Source: the human T2T-CHM13v2.0 reference genome, Homo sapiens
DNA: 64,000 nucleotides
Assembly: GCF_009914755.1 (NCBI RefSeq)
Contig: NC_060927.1
Reading direction: 5' to 3' (one strand)
Position numbers and translations under genes: made by a program. Of the stretch, positions 1-14,319 are shown piece after piece. Position 1 is the first letter of the stretch. Every line of letters begins with the position of its first letter. The notes beneath the pieces were generated by a model that did not search any database, was not told where the DNA came from, and was given only the letters and a program-made list of their open reading frames with translations.

Positions 1-1081
1 ATCTGTTTCTTAACCAGTTATTGTAGTAATTATTGATTTTAATAGGTTTTTGTCTTTTAGCCTTCATACTCAAGATGTAAATGGCTTACTTATTCAAATT
101 ACAGTTTTAGAATATTCTGAATTAGTCTTTTTTTCTTTTATCAGTGAATTTTACACCTTCAAATGTTTTCTTATTATACACTAGTGCCCATTTATTTTAG
201 ATTGAATAGCTTTTAGTATTTCTTGTAAGACAGGTCACATTTTGATGAATTCTCTCAGCTTCTGTTTGTTTGGGAATCTTTGAATGTGTTTAAATGATAC
301 TTTTGCTGGGTACAGTATTTTTGGATGGCAATTTTTCCCATCTCTTTTTCAATATAACATCCCATTATCATCTGGACAGCAGGATTTCTGCTGAGAAATC
401 TGCTGCAATCTGTATTCAGGATGCTGTTCAATATGATGTTTCTTTTCTTTTGTTGCTTTGAGTATCCTGTCTTTTCATTTCACTGATTATGATATGCCTT
501 AGAGATTTCTCCTTTGGGTTGAATTTGATGGGTGGCCCCTGAACTTCCTATACCTGGACGATGTCTTCTTTCTCTAGATTTTGGAATTTTTAAACCATTA
601 TTATTATTTTTTTTACATGTGCTTTCCAGGTCTTTTTCTTCGTGTCTCCTGAACACTGGCCTGCTGTTTTTTTCCATTCTAGGGGAACTTATATTGAGCA
701 CAGGAACTAAAACAATTCACTGGAACTAACTTATTGCTCTTCCATTGTTGTCTGGTCTGGGGAAGACTTACAGTGAACAACAGAACTTAAATGCTGCTCT
801 GGAATTAAAACCCTGCCCTGTTGTTTCCTGAACTGGGGAACACTTACAGTGAGCACCAAATGTTAGACATTGCCCCAGAACTGTATTGTAGCCCTGCCAT
901 TGTTTCCCAGTCTGGGGAAGACTTAAGCAGAAACTAGGACTTAATTCTGACATTTTAGTTATTTCTCTGTAGGGGGGAGGTTCCAGATTGAGCATCTGGG
1001 CATTGGGAAAAATCTGGTTAGAAATTTGGGCCTTCCTGCAGATTGCGTTCTCTGCAGCCTTATGGTACCAGTCAGTTGCTT
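1..1081 (-). mobile_element. Old L1M element, ORF1/5' region (left part, interrupted at 1082)
   Basis: Decayed antisense ORF1-type motifs (ttcttgtaagacagg...gaattctctcagc, tctgctgagaaatctgctg). Continues at 13813 after the target duplication ccagtcagt. Confidence 0.7.
650..960. repeat. Four degenerate ~77-bp tandem units in the L1M 5' region
   Basis: Core ct(g/a)gggaa(g/c)actta recurs at 679, 757, 833 and 912, each preceded by a cc(a/c)t(t)gttgtt-like motif. Confidence 0.75.
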
Positions 1082-1494
1082 TTACAATTTTATTTATTTA
1101 AGAAAATTTTTTTGTAAATTTTTCAAGTGCAATTTTGTTACATGGATATATTGAGTAGTGGAGAAATTGAGGATTTTGTACCCGTCACCCAAGTAGTGTA
1201 CATTGTACTCAGTAGGTACTATTTTATCCTTCACCCGCACCCCCCCCAACTCCTTAACTCCATCCCACCTTTTGGAGCCTCCAATGTCTATTATTCAACT
1301 CTGTGTGTCTATGTGTACCCACTGTTTAGCTTCTGCTAAACATGTGGTTAGTGAGAACATGTGGTTTTTGACTTTCTATTTCTTTCTATTTCTGAGTCAT
1401 TTCACATCTTAGGATAGTGGCCTCCAGTTCCATCCATATTGCTGCAAAATACACGACTTTATTCTTTTTATGGCTGAGTAGTATTCCATGGCAC

Positions 1495-1504
1495 ATGCAT
1501 ACAT

Positions 1505-1535
<31 letters not shown>

Positions 1536-1750
1536 TTCATCTATATACACACATATATAAGCACCATGGAATAATACATATATGTACACACACATATATG
1601 TGTGTATATATATATCACATTTTATATATGTGTATATATGTGTATGTATATATATATATACACACATATATATATATGTCTGTGCCATGGAATACTGGTA
1701 TAATATACTATTATAATATCCATGCGCACACATGCATGCACACACACACA
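1495..1750. repeat. Compound (CA)n/(TA)n/(TATG)n microsatellite inside the L1PB 3' end
   Basis: Seen directly. Confidence 0.95.
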
Positions 1751-3626
1751 GAAGTGTATATGACTGTTTTTTAACCAACCCTTCATATCATTCATTGATG
1801 AGCACTTAGATTGATTCCATGACTTTGCTATTGTGGCCAGTGCTGTGACCTACTGTGACAAACGGGGAATGTGATGTCTCTAGCTTTATTCTTTTTGCTT
1901 AGAATTTCTTTGGCTATTGGGACATTTTTTTGGTTTATATGAATTTTACAATTATTCTTATTCTATGGGGAATGATGTTGGCATTGGTAATTTGATAGGA
2001 ATTGCATTGAATATGTACATTGATTTGGGCAGTATGGTCATTTTAATGATATTGATTCTTCCAATCTATAAGCATGGATGTTTTTCCATTATTTGTGTCA
2101 TCTATGATTTCTTTCATTGTTGTTTTGTAGTTCTCCTTGTAGAGATCTTTCACCTCCTTGGTTAAATGTATTTCTAGATATACATTTTTCTAGCCATTGC
2201 AAATCCGATTGAATTCTTGATTTGCTTCTCAGCTTCATCATTATTGGTGTATATAAATGGTTTTGATTTTTATACAATGATTTTTATATTCTGAAACTTT
2301 ACTGAATTCATCTATCAAATCTAGGAGTCTTTTGGAGGAGCATTTAGGGTTTTGTAGATATAAGAATATGTCATCAGTGAACAGAGATAATTTGACTTTC
2401 TCTTTTCCAGTTTGCATGCCTCTTATTTCTTTCTCTCTTTTGTTACTCTAGCTGGGACTTCCAGTACTATGTTGAATAGGAGTGCTGGAAGCTGGCATTC
2501 TTGTCTTTTCCAGTTGTTAGGGGGAATGCTTTCAACTCTACCTCATTGAGTATGATGTTGGCTGTGGATTTGTTGTATACAGCTTTTATAATTTTGAGAT
2601 ATGCTCCTTGTATGCCTAGTTTGTTGAGAATTGTTATCATGAAGGGGTCCTGGATATTATCTAATGCTTTTTCTTCATCTATTGAGATTATCAGGTAGTT
2701 TTTATGTTTTTAATTCAGTTTATGTGGTGAATCAAATTTATTGATTTGCATATGTTGAATCGTCCTTGCAATTCTGGAATAAAACTCACTCTATTGTGGT
2801 GTATTATCTTCTTGATGTGCTGTTGAATTTGGTTTGCTACTATTTTGTTGAGGAGTTTTTGCAACTCTGTTCATCAGAGATATTGATCTATAGTTTTCCT
2901 TTTTGTTGTGTGTCCCTGCCTGGCTTTGGTATCAAAATGATACTGGTTTCCTAGAATGAGTTATGTAGGATTCCCTTCTCGATATTTTGGCATAACTTTA
3001 GTAGAACCACCATAAGTTCTTTTTTGTAAATGTGGTATAATTCAGCTGTGAATTTGTCTGGTCCTAGGCTTTTATTTTCGTAGGAGATTCTTAAATTACT
3101 GATTGACTTTACTGCTCATTATTGGTATTTTCTTGATTTCTATTTCATCCTAGTTCAATCTCGGGCAGTTATATGTTTTCAAGAGTTTATTCACTTCCTC
3201 TTGGTTTTTAGTTTGAGAGTGTAGAGGTGCTCATAATGGTCTCTGGTGATTTTTTTTTGCATTTCTATAATGTCAGTTGTAATGTCAGAAATTGCCATTT
3301 CTAATTATGCTTATTTGAATCTTCTCTTTTTTATTCTTGGTTAATCTAGCTAGCAGTCTATCATTTTCTAAAATATTTTCAGAATACTAACTTTTCATTT
3401 CTTTGATTCTTTATATTTTTTTATTATACTTTAGTTTTAGGGTACATGTGCACAATGTGCAGGTTAGTTACATATGTATACTTGTGCCATTCTGGTGTGC
3501 TGCACCCATTAACTTGTCATTTAGCATTAGGTAAATCTCCTAATGCTATCCCTCCCCCATCCCCCCACCCCACAACAGTCCCCAGAGTGTGATGTTCCCC
3601 TTCCTGTGTCCATGTGTTCTCATTGT

Positions 3627-7451
<3,825 letters not shown>

Positions 7452-7514
7452 TATGATGTTAGCTGGTTATTTTGCTCCTTAGTTGAGGCAGTTTCTTCCT
7501 AGCTTCGATGGTCT

Positions 7515-8531
7515 TTACAATTTGGCATGATTTTGCAGTGGCTGGTACCAGTTGTTTCTTTCCATGTTTAGTGCTTCCTTCAGGAGCTCTTTTAGGGCAG
7601 GCCTGGTGGTGACAAAATCTCTCAGCATTTGCTTGTCTGTGAAGTATTTTATTTCTCCTTCATTTATGAAGCTTAGTTTGGCTGGATATGAAATTCTGGG
7701 TTGAAAATTCTTTTCTTTAAGAATGTTGAATATTGGCCCCCACTCTCTTCTGGCTTGCAGATTTTCTGCCAAGAGATCTGCTGTTAGTCTGATGGGCTTC
7801 CCTTTGTGGGTAACCCGACCTTTGTCTCTGGCTGCCCTTAACATTTTTTCCTTCATTTCAACTTTGGTGAATATGACAATTATGTGTCTTGGAGTTGCTC
7901 TTCTCAAGGAGGATCTTTGTGGCATTCTCTGTATTTCCTGAATGTGAATGTTGGCCTGCCTTGCTAGATTGGGGAAATTCTCCTGGATAATATCCTGCAG
8001 AGTGTTTTCCAACTTGGTTCCATTCTCCCTGTCACTTTCAGATACACCAATCAGATGTAGATTCCGTCTTTTCACCTAGTCCCATATTTCTTGGAGGCTT
8101 TGTTCGTTTCTTTTTATTCTTTTTTCTCTAAACTTCCCTTCTCACTACATTTCATTCATTTCATCTTCCTTTGCTGATACCCTTTCTTCCAGTTGTTCGC
8201 ATCAGCTCTTGAGGCTTCTGCATTCTTCACGTAGTTCTCAAGCCTTGGCTTTCAGCTCCATCAGCTCCTTTAAGCACTTCTCTGTATTGGTTATTCTAGT
8301 TATACATTTGTCTAAATTTTTTTCAAGGTTTTTAACTTCTTTGCCTTTGGTTTGAATTTCCTCCTGTAGCTCGGAGTAGTTTGATCGTCTGAAGCCTTCT
8401 TCTCTCAACTCGTCAAAGTCATTCTCCATCCAGGTTTGTTCTGTTGCTGGTGAGGAACTGCATTCCTTTGGAGGATGAGAGGCACTCTGCTTTTTAGAGT
8501 TTCCAGTTTTTCTGCTCTGATTTTTCCCCAT
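7515..8531 (-). pseudogene. L1 ORF1 (RNA-binding protein) with premature stop
   Basis: MGKNQSRKTGNSK start at 8531, stop after 97 aa. C-terminal fragment 7515-8075 carries ARREW and YPAKLS. Confidence 0.95.
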
Positions 8532-9567
8532 CTTTGTGGTTTTATCTACTTTTGGTCTTTGATGATGGTGATGTACAGATGGGTTTTGGTGTGTATATCC
8601 TTTCTGTTTGTTAGTTTTCCTTCTAACAGATGGGACCCTCAGCTGCAGGTCTGTTGGAGTTTGCTAGAGGTCCACTCCAGACCCTGTTTGCCTCGGTATC
8701 AGCAGCGGTGGCTGCAGAACAGCAGATTTTCGTGAACCGCGAATGCTGCTGTCTGATCGTTCCTCTGGAAGTTTTGTCTCAGAGGAGTACCCAGCCGTGT
8801 GAGGTGTCAGTCTGCCCTTACTGGGGGGTGCCTCCCAGTTATGCTGCTTGGGGGTCAGGGGTCAGGGACCCACTTGAGGAGGCAGTCTGCCCGTTCTCAG
8901 ATCTCCAGCTGCATGCTCGGAGAACCACTGCTCTCTTCAAAGCTGTCAGACAGGGACATTTAAGTCTGCAGAGGTTACTGCTGTCTTTTTGTTTGTCTGT
9001 GCCTTGCCACCAGAGGTGGAGCCTACAGAGGCAGGCAGGCCTCCTTGAGCTGTGGTGGGCTTCCCCCAGTTGGAGCTTCCCGGCTGCTTTGTTTACCTAA
9101 GCAAGCCTGGGCAATGGCAGGTGCCCCTCCCCCAGCCTCACTGCCGCCTTGCAGTTTGATCTCAGACTGCTGTGCTAGCAATCAGCAATACTCCGTGGGC
9201 ATAGGACCCTCCGAGCCAGGTGTGGGATATAATCTTCTGGTGCACCGTTTTTTAAGCCTGTCGGAAAAGCGCAGTATTAGGGTGGGCGTGACCCAATTTT
9301 CCAGGTGCCGTCTGTCACCCCTTTCTTTGACTAGGAAAGGGAACTCCCTGACCCCTTGTGCTTCCCGAGTGAAGCAATGCCTCACCCTGCTTTGGCTCAC
9401 GCACAGTGCACTGCACCCACTGTCCTGCACCCACTGTCTGGCACTCCCTAGTGAGATGAACCCGGTACCTCCGATGGAAATGCAGAAATCACCCATCTTC
9501 TGCGTCGCTCACACTGGGAGCTGTAGACTGGAGCTGTTCATATTTGGCCATCTTGACTGCCAGCTCC
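8532..9567 (-). promoter_or_regulatory. L1 5'UTR internal sense/antisense promoter with YY1 site and ZNF93-bound segment
   Basis: YY1 core CAAGATGGCC on the minus strand (9546-9555). ~129-bp segment between ggagt repeats at 8656-8660 and 8784-8788, absent from L1HS/L1PA2. Confidence 0.85.
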
Positions 9568-9605
9568 GATCCTTTGTATTTTTGTTTGGTCTCAGTTTCA
9601 TTTAG
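9114..9605 (+). CDS. L1 ORF0-like antisense ORF, extended to 163 aa (translation unproven)
   Basis: MAGAPPPASLPPCSLISDCCASNQ matches the primate L1 ORF0 N-terminus. Strong Kozak gcaATGg. Splice donors CAG|GT at 9219/9220 and 9304/9305. Confidence 0.55.
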   Translation: MAGAPPPASLPPCSLISDCCASNQQYSVGIGPSEPGVGYNLLVHRFLSLSEKRSIRVGVTQFSRCRLSPLSLTRKGNSLTPCASRVKQCLTLLWLTHSALHPLSCTHCLALPSEMNPVPPMEMQKSPIFCVAHTGSCRLELFIFGHLDCQLRSFVFLFGLSFI

Positions 9606-12600
9606 TTCTGCTCTGATCTTTGTTGTTTCTTTTGTTCTGCTACCTTTGGCTTTGTTCTTGTTCTTGAGGTGTGACTGTAGATTGTCAGTTGGAGATCTTA
9701 TTATCTTTTTAAGGTAGGCATTTAACACTATAAGCTTCCCTCTTAGCATTTCTTTTGCTGTATCCTGTATGTTTTAGTATGTTGTGTTTCTGTTTTCATT
9801 TGTTTCAAAAAAATTTAAATTCCTAGCCTAATTTCATTATTGATGCAACAATCTTTCAGGAGCAGGTTGTTCAATTTCCACATATTTGTATCTTTTTGAT
9901 AGTTTCTGTTGGTGTTGATTTCCAGTTTTAATTCCACTGTAGTCTGAAAAAAATACTTGATTTCAATTTAAAAGTTTTATTGACACTTGTTTTGTGGCCT
10001 GACATATGTTATATTTTGGGGGATGTTTCATGTGCAGAACAGGAGAATATATATTGTGTGGTTGTTGGCTAGAATGTTTTGTAAATTTCTATCTGTTCTA
10101 TTTAGTCTAGAGACCAATTTAAGTAAAGACTTTCTTTGTTGATTTTTCTGCCTCAATGATCTGTTTAATGCTGTCAGTGGGGTGTTGAAATCCCCCACTA
10201 TTATTGTTTTGCTATTTATCTCTTAGTTCTGGTAGTGTTTGTTTTATGAATATGGGTGCTCTATGTATATAGAATTGTTATATTTTCTTGTTGAATTTAT
10301 CACTTTATCACCATATAATGTCCTGCTTTTTTTTTTTTTAACTGTTGTTGATTTAAAATCTATTTTATCTGGTGTAAGTATAGCTATTCCTGCTCATTTT
10401 TGGTTTCCATTTGCATAAAATATCTGTTTCTACTTTTTGACTTTGAGTCTTTAAATATCTTTATGAGTTAGGTGGGTTTCTTATAAGAAGCTATCATTGG
10501 ATCTTCTTTTTTAAAATTCATTCTGCCAATCTATATCTTTCAAGTTAGGCATTTAGTTCATTTACATTCAAGGTTAATATTCATATGTGAGGTTTTTGTC
10601 CCTGTCATAATGTTAATTGTTACTTAGATGGTTTGCAATCTTGGTTGTGTAATTGTTTTATAAGTTCTATAAGTTTTTTATATTCCTGTGTTTTTATGAT
10701 GGCATTGCCCATTCATTTCCACGTTTTGAACTCCATTGAAAATTTCTTGTATAGCTGGTCTAGTAGTGATGAATTCCCTTAGCCGTTTCTTGTCTAGGAA
10801 ATATTTTATTTTATTTTCATTAATGAAGCTTAATTTAGCAGGATACAAAATCCTTTGCTAGATTTTTTTTTTCTTCAAAGAGACTGAAAATAGGAACCCA
10901 GCATCTTCTTGTTTGTAAGGTTTCTGCTGAGAAGTCCACTGTCAGTCTGATGGTATTTCCTTCATAGCTGATTAGCCCCTTCTTTCTTTCCACTTTTAAG
11001 ACTTTCTCTTTCATGTTAACTTTGGATCTTCTGATGAGTATATGCCATGGTGAAGTTTGTCTTGCAATGTATCTTCCAGGAGTTTTCTGACTTTCTTGTA
11101 TGTGAATGTCAAATCTCTAGCAAAACCAGGGAAGTTTTCCTAAATTATTCCCTCAATTTTTTTAATACTTTTTACATCTTCTTCTGAAACAATGATAACT
11201 CATAGCTTAGTAAGTTTAAATAATCCCATGTTTCTCAAAGGCTCTGCTCATTTTTATTCTTTAATTTTTTTTGTCTAACTGGGTTAATTAAAAAGCTCTG
11301 TTTTCTAGCTCTGAAGTTGTTTTTGTTTGTTCTAGCCTATTATTAGGGCTTTGATCTCTATATTGTGGTTCCTTTAATGAATTTTTAGTTCTAGAAGTTC
11401 TTTTTTAAAAAATAATTATCCTTAGTAAGTTTTCGATTCATATTCTGAATTGTTTTTTCTGATTACTTTGTATTGGTTTTCAACTGTCTCTTGGATCTTA
11501 TTGAGCTTTCATACCATCCATATTTTGAATTCTTTATCTTTGAATTTTCATTTTGAATAAGATCCATTGCTAGAAAGCTGATGTGATCCTTTGCAGGTGG
11601 TACAACACTTTGTTTTTTCATATTGCCAGTGTTCTTATGCTGGTTCCCTCTCATCTGAAGAAGCCATCACTTCTTATCTTTGAGTTTAGTTTTGTTTTGA
11701 TGGGACATTGTTTTTCCTCCTTGAAGGTATGATTGTCCTGTATGTTGTGTATGATTGTTTGGCTTCAATTCTAGGTGCTTTCAGGTATCAAGGTACTGTA
11801 TGAGTTCCTTGGTTATAGATAGCCTTTGTGCAGTGGCTTTCTTAAATGCCAGTTTTAGTAGTGATGTCCTGGGTATTTGAGCAGGCTAATTGCCTTCTGC
11901 AATAACAGGATTGTATTTGTCTCAGGAAGCTTATCTCATTCCTCAACACTGTGGACTTCCATTATCAGGTTTTGTATTGTGTTGTGCAGTTCAACCCCCA
12001 AGCTAGTAAGTAGGTAGCATCTATGTGTAAGAGTGGCTGTGGCAGAAGCAGATGGGTATGGGCTTGATCTTTGTTTACTGGGAGGTGCTCTCTGTTGTTT
12101 CAGGTGATGGGCCGGTCTGTAGAATGCCCAGTTTCCAGGAATTCCCTGCTGAGCTTCCATAGGTGGGGGGACAAAGCTGGGTGGAACTGGACATCCAAGC
12201 TCACCCATGAATACCCTATTGACAAGAGAAGACATCAGCACTGACATGAGTGGCAGGGAGAGCTCCTGGTGAAATGTACTGAGCTCTCTGAAGGAGGGGA
12301 GTTGGCTGCACCAGCTTCACATCCTAGGCAGGTGGGAATGCAATCCATTTCCCTGTTATACCCCTGTCCCAGGGCTCATGACTCTCAGTTTAGTCAGACA
12401 TGGTTGTCTACCTCCAGGCCACAGTGTAACTGAGGGCTGCAGAAAATTCCTGTCCTATGGCTCTCTGTCGAAGTGGCTTTGGAGTAGAACCTCTTATCTC
12501 AGCTTTGTGGTGTTCCTGGCCTCCAATGCAGGAACACTGCTGCTTTGTATATAGAGGGGGAGTGGCTCCACTTTTTGGCATGTGCAAGTGCATGCCAGCT

Positions 12601-13812
12601 GTGATGTTGTCAGCTGGTTGGGTTGGCCTGACTTAGACCCTGGACTGATCAGGTGCCAGTTGTGGTGGACTGGGCTAGGCAGTCCCCCAATTTCCAGGCC
12701 CCTAGATGGCCCCTTGGATGGTATGCATGAGTCCTGGTTGGACTGGACTGCTGGATTTGTCCTCAGGTCCCTAGGGTTCAGGTGCTGCCTGTGATAGGGA
12801 GGAGTGGGCTGGTCCCCAGTCCTGCAGCAGAATGCTCAGGCAGGGTGGCTGTGCTGTGGACCTGCCACCAAGGGAGGCTGGACCTTTCTCTGCCTTGAGC
12901 AGTGGAGGCAGGCAGCTGTGATACACATGTTTTGCTCACACTTCCATCTGACAGCAGTGGTAGTGGTATCTGTCCTTGAGGCATATGAAAGTGCCTGACC
13001 TGCCTGCTTCTTTCTGGCCTGAGGGTGGCAGAGGCAGCAGGGATGGCAGGAGTCTAAGGGCAGAACACAGGCGTCTGGGGTCTGGCCTCTCAGAGTGGTG
13101 CTGGCTTCAGTGGAGATGCTCAGATGGGGGCAGGGTGGCAGCACTGTGGGTCTGCCATGGCATATGTATATCGGGGCAGGCGTCTCTCAGTGGGATCAGC
13201 AAAGTCAAGCAGTTATGGGGTGCTCAGTTTGCTCACTTCTCTGTCCCACAGCAGTGGTGGTGGTATCTGTTTTTGGGGCCTTGTGAAGGTGTTTGAGTGC
13301 CCTGCTTTCTCTCTGGCCTTGTGGCTGGGGCAGTGATACTGATGGCAGACCCAGGGTAACACACAGGCCTCTGGGGGTTGGGCTCTCAGACTGGGACTAG
13401 GCTACAGCTGCTCAGGGCTCAAAAGCCTGTGGGACTTCACATGAGTTCGAAAATGCCTTTGTGTAATTTCTAGGCAGTTCCCTTTTATCCTGGAGGCCTG
13501 GGAGGACTGAGGGACTCTTCTACAGATAGAATTGAAAAAATCTATTATAGGAGTGTGGAGCCCTAGGGGTCTCTCACTCACCTTTTCCCCACATCAGGGA
13601 GCTTCTATCAGTTTCACACCTATCCCAGCCCAGTAGGCTGCTTGGATTCATTCTTATTTGCTTTCTGTGATTCTTGTCACTTCTCTGTTGAATTCCAGTG
13701 TTCTCTCTTAGACAATCCATTCAAAGTGTGTATATTTACTTGATATTTTGATTTTTCTTAATGGAAGAGGCACCTACTAGCTGCATCTGGCCAGCCATTT
13801 TGAACCCTCCTT

Positions 13813-14310
13813 CCAGTCAGTCTCTTAACTGTGGCATCCCTGGTGATCAGAGTGCAGAGTAGCTGCTGAGTTTCACACGTCAGTTGCTGTGATCAGCATC
13901 CTGCTCTTTGTTCCTAGTTCACCCCGGATGATTCAGCCACTCCACTCTCAGTGGTTCCCATGGGATGGGACTGGAGTAGGCTTCCTGTTAAGACTCTTCT
14001 CTTAGACTCATGAAGAGGTTAAAGATTCACCTCCAGTTCTCCTCTTTCAGCTCAGAAATCACAGGTCTAGAGTCTCTGTGAGTGACATTATGCCAGCTTG
14101 GGGGATAGGCTGATGGAGCCTAAAATGACTTTTTCTTTTACCAGTAATGGCTTCTCTTGATTTTATGGACGCAGATATTTTCTCCACTTCTCCTCCAAAC
14201 CCAGAGTTCTGGTGAACTCAGGATAGTATTCTCATTTTTGAATAGTTTCTTGAATTTTTGTGTTGGGAAGTGATGCCAGGGCATCTACTATTCTGCTATC
14301 TTGCTGATAC
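13813..14310 (-). mobile_element. Old L1M 5' end (right part of the element at 1-1081)
   Basis: Resumes after the TSD and ends with the L1M 5'-terminal motif ctattctgctatcttgctga. Confidence 0.6.
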
Positions 14311-14319
14311 CCTGAGATC

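Noticed and set aside
650-960. CRISPR-like array (regular 76-79 bp spacing of a conserved core)
   Set aside because: The intervening sequences are homologous to each other rather than unique spacers, the DNA is human, and there are no cas genes.
1386-1778. 130-aa Cys/Tyr/Ile-rich ORF (similar ORFs at 56846-57153 and 61108-61452)
   Set aside because: These are translations of dinucleotide microsatellites.
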